DNA of 64,000 nt, the filler included, from Acidimicrobiia bacterium (GTDB lineage: Bacteria > Actinomycetota > Acidimicrobiia > Spongiisociales > CAZKJJ01), in assembly GCA_046759765.1 (NCBI GenBank). It is 3 parts of 3 records of this genome, joined end to end, with 100 filler letters (N's around TTAATTAATTAA, not from the genome) between each part and the next. Parts side by side here need not be neighbours in the genome. Positions count along the whole stretch, not along the records: positions 1 to 24,874 come from JBHICV010000022.1; positions 24,975 to 47,813 come from JBHICV010000023.1; 1 more part is not named here. One strand, given 5' to 3'. Made by a program: the position numbers and the translations under genes. Of this stretch, positions 18,234-27,035 are shown in pieces. The notes below the pieces were generated by a model that did not search any database, was not told the origin of the DNA, and saw only the letters and a program-made list of their open reading frames with translations. Within the stretch, counting starts at the first letter, position 1; each line of letters begins with the position of its first letter.

Positions 18234-20318
18234 ATGCATAATCGGGATACCTCCATCCTGGCGGAGATTCTGCCCCCTGAAGAGAGGGAGATTGAGGCCG
18301 TAGTCGGGCGCTACCAAAGGGTCGCTCCGGCCATAACCCGATTCGCCCGAACCCTGGCGGACAACGACGACCTCCGCGTGAGGCTCGGGTCGGAGGCATC
18401 AGCAAGCCCCGACGAGATTGTCATCGACCCGCGCCTCTTTCAAGCCGCCTACGCGCGCCGGGCACCGGTCACACCCGCCGAGGTCGCGCTGGCGTCCGCG
18501 CTACATGAAGCCGTGCACCTGCTCACAACGAATCTGGACGATCCCCGTCCGATTCCAGATGACTGGAAGCTCGAGGAGGCAACCTCTGAGCCCGCGGCTG
18601 TACTGGATGCCCTGAGCCTGGCGGGCGGAGCTGCCGCGGTTTCGCTCTTCTTCGCGGTCGAAGACGCTCGGCAAGAGGCCATCGGGCTCTCCACGTATCC
18701 CGGTGCCAGGTCCGTTCTCAGAGACCTGTACGCGGCCGCGCTCGGTGATGGCCTGTCCAACTCCGATGCCTTGGGCCAGTACGCCCTCAGCTGTTTCTTT
18801 CTGATCGGCGATCACGCCACGCGGGAGGAGTTGGAGAAGCGGGTTCATGGATCGGTGGCGCCTGCGCTGTCTGACGCGCTTCCGTTCATTGAGGAGGCGC
18901 GTTTGGCAACAGACCCGTGGGAGCACGCCACGCTCACCCTGCAGTTACTCGCCGTCGCGCGCATGCATGGGCTGCTGAGCGAGGCCGAGACCGACGAGAG
19001 TCCAGCCAGTCGTAAGGCCAAAGAAGACGCAGAAGCGTCCGAGATAGCCGAGGCGGTGGACCGGATCCGGCTCACAACCCCGGTTCTGCAGGACGCCCAG
19101 AGCCATGATCAGACCAAGCAAACGGCTGAGGCCGCCGCACTTTCCCAACAGCAAGGCGACATCGACACGGCCGCAGATGCGGCCACCGATCAGATCCTGC
19201 GGATCTCCACCGCTCCAACCGTCTACCTGCCCACCGGCCAGGGAGGCAAGCTCGTTGTCGACCACCTCCCCGATCGCTTTCGGCTGTTCGCACCTCAAGG
19301 GGATGCACTGATTCAGGAGACGGCTCAAGCATGGGGTGTTGCACAGCGGCACGTCTCCGGCGAGCTGTATCCGCTGTTCATCGCCAACCAGCGAAGAGGG
19401 CTCCGCTCGGGATATGACGCCGGCGATCTCTCTCCCTACGCAGCCCTGTTCATCGGCGCGGGTCTCTACCAGCGCATGTACGAGCGCCGGCAACGTCCGA
19501 CCCGACGTGCCTATGCCGTCAGCCTGCTCATCGACGGCTCCGCCAGCATGTTGCAGCCCCGGCCAACCGAGAATGGGACTCGGACCGCTCCATGGGGTCT
19601 AGCCGCGGCGACTCTCGGCGCCTGGACGCTTGCTCGTCTTTCTGACGAATTGCAGATCGACTTCGAGGTGGGGATCTTCAACCGGTCATTTGCCGCTACG
19701 GCCACCGACAGCGAAGCCAGCTTCCAAAGAAGAAGAGCCGATGCCACGGGGGGCTTGCGCCGGACACAGAGCGGAGCTGCGGACCGGCTGACTACGACAG
19801 TCAATCACTACCTCATCAAGCCTTTCGAGCAACCCTGGCGCACCGCTGAGCGTCTGCTCAGCGGCTTGTTCTGGATGGCGGCCGAGCCCAAAGAGGCCGC
19901 CGCGCAGTGTCGAAGGGACCCGAGCGAGTCTCCCCCCGTCTCCATGTTCGAGCGGGCAGCCAACGTCGATGAGTTCAATCTGACCCTGGCGGCCCAGCGC
20001 ATGGCCGCGCGAAGGGCTCGGGTGCGGGTAATGATCGTGCTTGCCGACGGCATGACCCGAGGTTCGCTGCGCGCCCTCTCCAAGGCCGTGGAGTCGGTCG
20101 AAGGATCGGGCACGACCGTGCTTGGCATCGGTATCGGCGATGACACCGTCAGCGAGGCATACGCTCGTTCGCAGGTGGTAGACGAACCGACCGCATTGAC
20201 CCGAGCCATGATCGACGGCACCAGAGCGGCGCTGCGTCGCAGTCTGGCGCTGTGGGGCTTCGACGCATGGTGGATCAGAGCCAGCCGACAGCCGGCAAGA
20301 GAGGAGACCAGTGTCTGA
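18234..20318 (+). CDS. CobT/NorD-like protein with an N-terminal HExxH metallopeptidase-like domain and a C-terminal vWA domain
   Basis: ALHEAVH and VEDARQE in the N-terminus. The vWA part has MIDAS LLIDGSASM, MIVLADG and VLGIGIG. Confidence 0.78.
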   Translation: MHNRDTSILAEILPPEEREIEAVVGRYQRVAPAITRFARTLADNDDLRVRLGSEASASPDEIVIDPRLFQAAYARRAPVTPAEVALASALHEAVHLLTTNLDDPRPIPDDWKLEEATSEPAAVLDALSLAGGAAAVSLFFAVEDARQEAIGLSTYPGARSVLRDLYAAALGDGLSNSDALGQYALSCFFLIGDHATREELEKRVHGSVAPALSDALPFIEEARLATDPWEHATLTLQLLAVARMHGLLSEAETDESPASRKAKEDAEASEIAEAVDRIRLTTPVLQDAQSHDQTKQTAEAAALSQQQGDIDTAADAATDQILRISTAPTVYLPTGQGGKLVVDHLPDRFRLFAPQGDALIQETAQAWGVAQRHVSGELYPLFIANQRRGLRSGYDAGDLSPYAALFIGAGLYQRMYERRQRPTRRAYAVSLLIDGSASMLQPRPTENGTRTAPWGLAAATLGAWTLARLSDELQIDFEVGIFNRSFAATATDSEASFQRRRADATGGLRRTQSGAADRLTTTVNHYLIKPFEQPWRTAERLLSGLFWMAAEPKEAAAQCRRDPSESPPVSMFERAANVDEFNLTLAAQRMAARRARVRVMIVLADGMTRGSLRALSKAVESVEGSGTTVLGIGIGDDTVSEAYARSQVVDEPTALTRAMIDGTRAALRRSLALWGFDAWWIRASRQPAREETSV

Positions 20319-21306
20319 GACCGTCACGTTCAGCGATCCGACCGGAGAAGGAAAGCCCATCACCCTCGATGCCTTCGAGGTGCCCAAAGACCTAGACGAC
20401 CGGGACATGCGGCTGCGCAAGATTCCCGAAGTCGACCCCCATTACGTGGATCTCGGCATGCTCTACAAGTTCGCCGCCGTCGAGCAGGTGCGGCGGGCGA
20501 CCGGCAGCGAGTTCGTCCCACTTCACGTTGCCGTTCGAGGCCACATGGGAACCGGCAAGGACCACGACATCGAGCAGTACGCAGCCACACTCCAACTCCC
20601 CTACTACCGGATCCCCCTGACCGGCGAGGTTCGCGACGTGACTCTCATCGGATCCACCCAGCTGCACGGCGATGGCAAAGGCGGCACCGAAAGCAGGTGG
20701 GAGGACGGAGAGATCACCCGGGCGCTCCGAGGCCCCGGAATCGTCAGCCTGTCCGAGCTCAACGCCGCCGGCGCCGAAACCCTATTCGCGCTGCATGGGC
20801 TCCTCGATCGGTACGGGGCGCTGGACCTCCCGACCGGTGAGACGCTTCCACTCCGTGACGACGTGCGTCTGTTCGGCACGATGAACCCAACGGACCTCCG
20901 TGACTACGCCGGAACGCAAACCCTCAACAAAGCCTTCGCCGACCGCTGGGTGATCTGGGAGAAGGACTTCCCTACTCCGGAACAGATCACCGCCATGCTC
21001 GAACGAAGGTATCCCACCCTCAAGGGAGCCTTCGTCGAGCCGATCTCTCTCCTCGCCGTCGAGGTCAACGCCTCGTTCTCGGCCTCCGATGCCGGCGTGC
21101 GAGTGGAGACACCGCTGAGCCTAAGAGCGGTCCTTGACCGGCTCCCGACGGGCCTCCGCATGTTCGCCGACGTCGAAGACCCTCTCCGATCGGCGTGGGT
21201 GGAGTTCGTACTGCCTCACATCGACGCCTTCGACCGAGATCACTATGAGACCGTCTGGAACGCAGTCGTCCGAACCGGTCCCAAGGGGCCGCCTTTCGAG
21301 GACTGA
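20311..21306 (+). CDS. CbbQ/NirQ/NorQ (MoxR) family AAA+ ATPase with variant Walker motifs
   Basis: GHMGTGKD, WEDGEITRALR, IVSLSELN, sensor-1 GTMNP and YAGTQTLNKAFADRW (Arg finger). Overlaps the vWA gene by 8 nt. Confidence 0.85.
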   Translation: MSETVTFSDPTGEGKPITLDAFEVPKDLDDRDMRLRKIPEVDPHYVDLGMLYKFAAVEQVRRATGSEFVPLHVAVRGHMGTGKDHDIEQYAATLQLPYYRIPLTGEVRDVTLIGSTQLHGDGKGGTESRWEDGEITRALRGPGIVSLSELNAAGAETLFALHGLLDRYGALDLPTGETLPLRDDVRLFGTMNPTDLRDYAGTQTLNKAFADRWVIWEKDFPTPEQITAMLERRYPTLKGAFVEPISLLAVEVNASFSASDAGVRVETPLSLRAVLDRLPTGLRMFADVEDPLRSAWVEFVLPHIDAFDRDHYETVWNAVVRTGPKGPPFED

Positions 21307-21317
21307 GCACCCCGCAT

Positions 21318-21806
21318 TCAGGCCGAGGCCTTCCACTCCTCGTAGGGCGGTACTTCGTATCCCGCCACCGAGAGCACGTAGTACGCGCCCCACCGACCCA
21401 CATACGGAAACCTCCGCAGGGCCGTGGTTCTCTCCTCGTACCCCGACAGACCATCGAGCCATCGCTTGACCGAGCCGTGCTCGTTCCTGATGGCGGCCAG
21501 GGCGATCGCGGACTCGACCACTGCCAAGATCTTGGACGGGTTTCGAATCATGCCCGGCGTCCTCATGATGCGCTCCGTGTCATCGGACCCGTAAGCGGCG
21601 ATCTTCCTCACCGAGAAGCCGTCGAAAGCCCCTCGGATGTTCGCCCATCTGGGTTCCACTGCCTGCCAGGTGAGACCCGACGAGAAGATTGTGCGAGCCA
21701 GTAGCTCCAGGAACGCGTCGGCGGTCCGCGGCGGCTTCGGCGATAGATCAAAGGTCACTTCTCCCCCTTTCTCGACTTCCCTCAACGTACGGTGCGGGTG
21801 TGACAT
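21318..21806 (-). CDS. DNA-3-methyladenine glycosylase I (Tag)-like protein
   Basis: SGLTW...IRGAFDGF...KIAAY...MIRNPSKI...FPYVG pattern. Confidence 0.7.
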   Translation of the reverse strand: MSHPHRTLREVEKGGEVTFDLSPKPPRTADAFLELLARTIFSSGLTWQAVEPRWANIRGAFDGFSVRKIAAYGSDDTERIMRTPGMIRNPSKILAVVESAIALAAIRNEHGSVKRWLDGLSGYEERTTALRRFPYVGRWGAYYVLSVAGYEVPPYEEWKASA

Positions 21807-21846
21807 TTATTACGGGACCCACGACTAAGTTGAACGACCCAGGCAG

Positions 21847-22917
21847 ATGCGTCCCTACGAACTGAACGATCCCGAGCTCAACCGGCTGATTCGTGAGCTG
21901 ATCGATGCCGCCGGCGGAAGCGGAGACGCCGACCTGGTGGCGGAGTTGATCACCACCGCAATCAAGCTCCAGCGTGACGGAGCCGACCGGGGCGAGCTCA
22001 AGCTCATGAACACCGCCCTCAAGGAGATGAGGTACAGCAACCTGGTATTCACCAAGTACCGCGACGTTCCCAAGGTCACCGTGTTCGGCTCAGCCCGGAC
22101 CGAGAAGGGAGACCCGAACTACGAGCTCACCGTACGCTTTGGAAAGGAGATGGCCCAGCGGGGCTGGATGGTGGTCACCGGCGCAGGTCCAGGGATCATG
22201 CAGGCGGCCAACGAGGGTGCCGGCTCCGACAAGTCGATCGGCGTGAACATACGCCTGCCTTTCGAGGCCGACGCCAATCCGCATATCGAGAACCCTCGGC
22301 TGATCAACTTCAAGTACTTCTTCACTCGCAAGCTCGGCTTCGTGAAGGAGTCCCACGCCTTTGCTCTCTTTCCGGGAGGCTTCGGAACGATGGATGAGGT
22401 CTTCGAGCTACTCACGCTCGTTCAGACGGGAAAGAGCGATCTGCACCCGATCGTGATGATCGAGGCTGAGGGGAGCACGTACTGGCAGACCTGGACTCGG
22501 TTCGTTCACCAGGACTTGTTGGGAAATGGGCTGATCAGCGAGTCGGATCTGAATCTGTTCGAGATCACGTCGGACGTCGAGGTGGCAGCCGACGAGATCT
22601 GCCACTTCTACGCCAATTACCACTCACAGCGTTATGTAGACGGCCGCCTCGTACTCCGACTACTGCACCAGCCGTCCCCCGAGACAGTGACCGCCCTCAA
22701 CGAAGACTTCGCGGACATCCTTACCGACGGGACCATCGAGCTGATCGATCCCACGCCGGCCGAACTTCGCGACGGCGACGCGCTCGAGTGCTCGCGGCTG
22801 GCGCTGGCGTTCAACCGCCGCGACATCGGACGCCTCCGACAGCTGGTCGATCAGCTCAACGATCTCGTCAAGGCGGAGCCCGCCGAACTCCATCCCCCAC
22901 CTCGCTTCACCCCCTGA
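21847..22917 (+). CDS. LOG family (TIGR00730-type) nucleotide phosphoribohydrolase with terminal extensions
   Basis: VTVFGSAR, TGAGPGIMQAAN, FKYFFTRK and PGGFGTMDE motifs. Confidence 0.88.
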   Translation: MRPYELNDPELNRLIRELIDAAGGSGDADLVAELITTAIKLQRDGADRGELKLMNTALKEMRYSNLVFTKYRDVPKVTVFGSARTEKGDPNYELTVRFGKEMAQRGWMVVTGAGPGIMQAANEGAGSDKSIGVNIRLPFEADANPHIENPRLINFKYFFTRKLGFVKESHAFALFPGGFGTMDEVFELLTLVQTGKSDLHPIVMIEAEGSTYWQTWTRFVHQDLLGNGLISESDLNLFEITSDVEVAADEICHFYANYHSQRYVDGRLVLRLLHQPSPETVTALNEDFADILTDGTIELIDPTPAELRDGDALECSRLALAFNRRDIGRLRQLVDQLNDLVKAEPAELHPPPRFTP

Positions 22918-22949
22918 CTGGAGCTCCACGCGGCCGCTACCATTCGGGT

Positions 22950-23678
22950 GTGCAGGAGATCCTTTCTGACCTAGTCGCGGAGGAACAGGCGCTGGACCAA
23001 TTTCTACAGCGCGTACCCATTCGCGAGTGGAAGAGCAACATTCCCGGTCAGTCCTGGACGATTCAGGACACGGTGAGCTATCTCGCTCTCGGCGAGGAGC
23101 TCGCGCACGCGGCGCTCGAGGGCCATGCGCACCCCAGCCTCGACGGCCACTCATATGAAGTACTGCGGGAAGCGAGCGCAGCACGAGGACGTGCGATGCG
23201 CCCGCAAGACGTGATCGAGTGGTGGCGGCACGAGCGGGCCGCCGTTGTGGATGCGCTTTCCCGGCTAGGTGAGGATGACACCGTCGTCTGGTTCGATGAC
23301 AAGGTCACTGCCAAAGCGTTCGCCAGCTCGCGGCTGGCCGACACCTGGTCTCACGGGCTCGACATCCATGCCGCCATGAGCACCGACGTCGAGGACACTC
23401 CCCGTCTTCGCCACATTGCGTGGTTGAGCTGGGAGACGCTTCCCATCGCCTTCTCCGACGCCGGTGAGCCGTACAGCGACCCTGTGCGGGTTGAGGTCAT
23501 CGGAGCCAACTATGCCAAGTGGGTATTCGGACCCCCAGACACCGATCAGCTCATCAAGGGTCGGGCAGCGGAGTGGTGCCGCGTAGCGGCACGTCGGATG
23601 GACGCCTCCAAGACATCACTGCAGGTTTCGGGAGAGACGGCCCAGCGGGCACTCGAGGTCGCCCGGGTTCAGGTCTAG
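22950..23678 (+). CDS. Maleylpyruvate isomerase family (mycothiol-dependent, DinB-like) protein
   Basis: LSDLVAEEQALD, WTIQDTVSYLA, RLADTWSHGLDI and RLRHIAWL. GTG start at 22950, 6 nt after TACCAT. Confidence 0.75.
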   Translation: MQEILSDLVAEEQALDQFLQRVPIREWKSNIPGQSWTIQDTVSYLALGEELAHAALEGHAHPSLDGHSYEVLREASAARGRAMRPQDVIEWWRHERAAVVDALSRLGEDDTVVWFDDKVTAKAFASSRLADTWSHGLDIHAAMSTDVEDTPRLRHIAWLSWETLPIAFSDAGEPYSDPVRVEVIGANYAKWVFGPPDTDQLIKGRAAEWCRVAARRMDASKTSLQVSGETAQRALEVARVQV

Positions 23679-24442
23679 TGGCCTATCGGCTGATCGGGAT
23701 GGTCCATCTCGGACCTCTACCAGGATCGCCACACTTCGAAGATCTCGATTCGGTTCTGAGGGGCGCCGTCCGGGATGCACGCGTGCTCGAAGAGGCCGGC
23801 TTTGATGCGCTGTGCGTCGAGAACTACGGAGATGCTCCGTTCAGTGCAACCTCGGTGCCGCCGTCGACCGTAGCCGGCATGACGAGAGCCATCTCCTCTG
23901 TCCTGGATGCCTGCCCCCTACCGGTGGGCATCAACGTGCTTCGCAACGACGCCACCTCCGCGTTGGCGATTGCGGCCGCTTGTAGCGCCGCCTTCATACG
24001 CGTGAACGTGTTGACGGGCTCGATGTTCACCGACCAGGGGATCATCTCCGGCCAGGCCGCCGAGGTAGCGAGAGCCAGGAGCGCGGTTGCGCCTAATACG
24101 GAGGTCTATGCCGATGTGTTTGTGAAGCACGCGGTTCCTCCACCGGGGGTGACCTTTGAGGACGCCGCCGCCGACACTTGGACGAGAGGCGGCGCCGATG
24201 CACTCATTGTCTCGGGCCCGGGTACTGGAGAGCCGGCCGATCTAGCTCTTGTTCGGGCCGCCCGCAAGGTCGCGCCCGACGCCCCTCTGCTGGTTGGTTC
24301 GGGCGTGACGGCCCAGACAGTCTCTGAGGTCTTGGCGGAGGCGGACGGGGTGATAGTCGGTACGTCCATCAAAGAAGAGGGAGTCACGTCTGCGCCGGTC
24401 AGCCTGCGGCGAGCAGCGGCTCTGGTGAAAGCCGCTTCGTGA
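23678..24442 (+). CDS. BtpA/SgcQ family protein
   Basis: IGMVHLGPLPGSP, VENYGDAPF, GINVLRND, ADVFVKHA and LLVGSGV motifs. Confidence 0.9.
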   Translation: MAYRLIGMVHLGPLPGSPHFEDLDSVLRGAVRDARVLEEAGFDALCVENYGDAPFSATSVPPSTVAGMTRAISSVLDACPLPVGINVLRNDATSALAIAAACSAAFIRVNVLTGSMFTDQGIISGQAAEVARARSAVAPNTEVYADVFVKHAVPPPGVTFEDAAADTWTRGGADALIVSGPGTGEPADLALVRAARKVAPDAPLLVGSGVTAQTVSEVLAEADGVIVGTSIKEEGVTSAPVSLRRAAALVKAAS

Positions 24443-24867
24443 CGCCGTCTGTAGGCGAAATCCAGGCGGTTCATCTCTTTCGACTGCCGACGGGCAGCGA
24501 CCTGTATGAGGAGATCACTTCCTATGTCACGGAACGCAACATTCGGTCGGCCTCTTTGACGTTCCTCGGTGCCGTGCGCAAAGCTTCGCTCCGCTACTTC
24601 GACCAAGACGCCAAGCAGTACCTCGACTTCACCCTCGACGAGCACCTGGAAATCCTCTCCGGCGTCGGCAATATCTCGGTTCTGGAGGACCAGCCGTTCC
24701 TCCATGCCCACGCTTCGCTCGGAGATAAGGCCGGACGCGCCTACGGCGGCCATCTCAACGTGGGCACCGAGGTCTTCGTGACCGAGGTGACGCTCTGGGA
24801 GCTGACCGGGGATCCTCCTGTTCGGGAGTTCGACGAGACCTGCGGCCTTTCCCTATGGCCCGTCTAG
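24439..24867 (+). CDS. PPC/DUF296 domain protein
   Basis: RLPTGSDL, LGAV, EILSGVGNIS and FLHAHASLG...GGHL. Confidence 0.85.
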   Translation: MTPSVGEIQAVHLFRLPTGSDLYEEITSYVTERNIRSASLTFLGAVRKASLRYFDQDAKQYLDFTLDEHLEILSGVGNISVLEDQPFLHAHASLGDKAGRAYGGHLNVGTEVFVTEVTLWELTGDPPVREFDETCGLSLWPV

Positions 24868-24874
24868 TTCTTGT

Positions 24875-24974
24875 NNNNNNNNNNNNNNNNNNNNNNNNNN
24901 NNNNNNNNNNNNNNNNNNTTAATTAATTAANNNNNNNNNNNNNNNNNNNNNNNNNNNNNNNNNNNNNNNNNNNN
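24875..24974. other. Artificial contig linker (N44-TTAATTAATTAA-N44)
   Basis: 100-nt gap with a six-frame stop linker at 24919-24930. Confidence 0.95.
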
Positions 24975-25047
24975 GTGGGCGCTACTGGGATCGAACCAGT
25001 GCCCTCTGCCGTGTGAAGGCAGCGCTCTCCCGCTGAGCTAAGCGCCC
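24975..25047 (-). tRNA. tRNA-Val (anticodon CAC)
   Basis: Minus strand GGGCGCTTAGCTCAGCGGGAGAGCG-CTGCC-TTCACAC-GGCAG-AGGGC-ACTGGTTCGATCCCAGT-AGCGCCC-AC forms an intact cloverleaf. The contig ends within the CCA. Confidence 0.95.
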
Positions 25048-25099
25048 GGAATCGATGATTGTACCCAGGCCCTGGCACCCGCCCTGGTTGAATGCCGGC

Positions 25100-25444
25100 A
25101 TGGATCCCGACGAGTTCGAGCGGCTCGTCGACGAGTCTCTAGAGGACCTGCCGGACTGGGTGCTCGAGCGCCTTGACAACGTCGCGGTCGTGGTCGAAGA
25201 GACGCCGCGTGAGGGCATGGAGCCAGATCTTCTGGGCATATATGAAGGTGTCTCGTTGCTCGACCGCGGGATCGACTACTCCGGAGTGCTACCCGACCGC
25301 ATCACCATCTTTCGGGAGCCGCACCTCGACCTGGGACTATCGCGCGACATGCTCCGACATGAAATCCGCCGGACCGTCCTGCACGAGATCGCCCATCACC
25401 TCGGTATCGAGGACGACCGCTTGCACGAAATCGGCTACGACTAG
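25100..25444 (+). CDS. Minimal zincin-like metallopeptidase (Zincin_1/DUF1025-type)
   Basis: LLGIYEGV, PDRITIFR and TVLHEIAHHLGI. Confidence 0.85.
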   Translation: MDPDEFERLVDESLEDLPDWVLERLDNVAVVVEETPREGMEPDLLGIYEGVSLLDRGIDYSGVLPDRITIFREPHLDLGLSRDMLRHEIRRTVLHEIAHHLGIEDDRLHEIGYD

Positions 25445-25830
25445 GTCCGCCGCGTACGGGGAATCCCGGCCTTCCGCAGGGTCGCAGCCGGCACGCCGGA
25501 GTCCCGCCAGGCCGTATAAGAGATTCCTTTCCGCTCCGAGTACGAGCCGGCGTACTTCACGAACTCGGCCTCGAGATCCGAGAAGCCGGCCTGCGCTTTG
25601 ACGTCCTTGAGGGCGTCTTCGGCATCTAGTTGTTGCTGACGTAGCTCGAGGCGCGCCAGCGGGTCAGTTTCGGCAGCGATCTTCTGCTCGAGCGCCGCGA
25701 TTCTCTGCTGAAGCGACTCCGGGGTCACAGGACGGCCCGGCTTCCTGGACTCGAGCGCCTGGAGATAGGCCTTGATGGCCCGCGCCTCCGTTCGACCCTG
25801 TGCCAGGGCCGCTTTGTGCTCCGCTGACAT
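25441..25830 (-). CDS. Small coiled-coil hypothetical protein with basic patches
   Basis: GAGGAGGT upstream. Sequence MSAEHKAALAQGR...KPGRP...YSERKGISYTAWR...LRKAGI. Confidence 0.75.
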   Translation of the reverse strand: MSAEHKAALAQGRTEARAIKAYLQALESRKPGRPVTPESLQQRIAALEQKIAAETDPLARLELRQQQLDAEDALKDVKAQAGFSDLEAEFVKYAGSYSERKGISYTAWRDSGVPAATLRKAGIPRTRRT

Positions 25831-25938
25831 CGCCACCGAGAGACCTCCTCGTAGTCCAGACATTGTGGCACAGACGGTCGAGGCTCATCGGGCCGGACCG
25901 GTCGACAATCCGGGCGGATCTCCCGCTACGGTCGCTCC

Positions 25939-27030
25939 ATGCGGCTGGCGATCACGACTGGCGGAGGCGACGCCCCCGGTCTGAATGCTGTTATCCGCGC
26001 CGTCGTGGTAACGGCTCTCGGTCGGGGCTGGAAGTGCTTCGGCATTCGCGATGGTTACCTTGGCCTCCTCACGCCCGATCCCTATGACGGCCAAGGACTC
26101 ATACCGCTCGGTCGGCAGGAGGTACGGGGAATTACATTTCTCGGGGGAACGATCCTCGGAACCACCAACAAGGGCGACCCCTTCAATTTCCCCTCTCATA
26201 ACGCGTTGGGCGAACTCGAAGAGGTGGATCGCTCGGACGACCTCGTCGACGCCTTCACGAGCCATCAACTTGACGCTCTCATTGCCGTCGGTGGAGATGG
26301 CTCGATGATCATCGCGCACCAGCTGGCACAGAAGGGGCTACGGGTAATCGGCGTTCCCAAGACGATCGACAACGACCTCGAACAGACCGTGGTGACGTTC
26401 GGGTTCAACACGGCCGTGACAGTCGCCACTGAGTGCATAGATCGGCTCCACACCACCGCCGAGGCACACGACCGGGTCATGGTGGTCGAAGTGATGGGCC
26501 GGTATGCGGGCTGGATAGCGCTCCATGCAGGGTTGGCGAGCACCGCCGATGCCATCCTCATTCCTGAGATCCCATACGACTTGCAGACAGTGGCCGACAA
26601 GATCCATCAGCGGGAGGAGCGTGGGCGTGACTTCTCTCTCGTGGTGGTCGCCGAGGGAGCGGCCGCCAAGGGCGGAGAGCGATCAGTACTCGAAAAGGAG
26701 GTGGGCAAGCTCGAGCGTCTGGGCGGCATCGGGCGGAAGATCGCCGACGAGCTGGCGGAACTGACAGGCAAGGACACTCGCTCCGTGTCGCTCTCCTACC
26801 TGCTGCGAGGAGGCACACCGTCGCCGACGGATCGGGTCTTGGCCCTACGGTTCGGGGGGGCGGCCGTGCGAGCCTTGGCTGAGGGATACTCGGACATCAT
26901 GGTGGCTCTCGATCCACCCGAAGTCCGGTACGTCCCTCTCGAGTCCACTGTTAGGCGGCTGAAAGCGGTTCCGCTCGACGGAGACACGATCGAAACGGCC
27001 CGCGGCTTGGGGATTTGCCTGGGCGACTGA
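25939..27030 (+). CDS. pfkA: 6-phosphofructokinase (PfkA family)
   Basis: GGGDAPGLN, GGTILGT, GGDGS, PKTIDND and VEVMGR motifs. Confidence 0.92.
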   Translation: MRLAITTGGGDAPGLNAVIRAVVVTALGRGWKCFGIRDGYLGLLTPDPYDGQGLIPLGRQEVRGITFLGGTILGTTNKGDPFNFPSHNALGELEEVDRSDDLVDAFTSHQLDALIAVGGDGSMIIAHQLAQKGLRVIGVPKTIDNDLEQTVVTFGFNTAVTVATECIDRLHTTAEAHDRVMVVEVMGRYAGWIALHAGLASTADAILIPEIPYDLQTVADKIHQREERGRDFSLVVVAEGAAAKGGERSVLEKEVGKLERLGGIGRKIADELAELTGKDTRSVSLSYLLRGGTPSPTDRVLALRFGGAAVRALAEGYSDIMVALDPPEVRYVPLESTVRRLKAVPLDGDTIETARGLGICLGD

Positions 27031-27035
27031 ACGTT

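Noticed and set aside
24875..24974. TTAATTAATTAA palindrome in N runs (also at 47858-47869) as a biological repeat
   Set aside because: It is an identical six-frame-stop linker centred in 100-nt gaps, so it is an assembly concatenation artefact.
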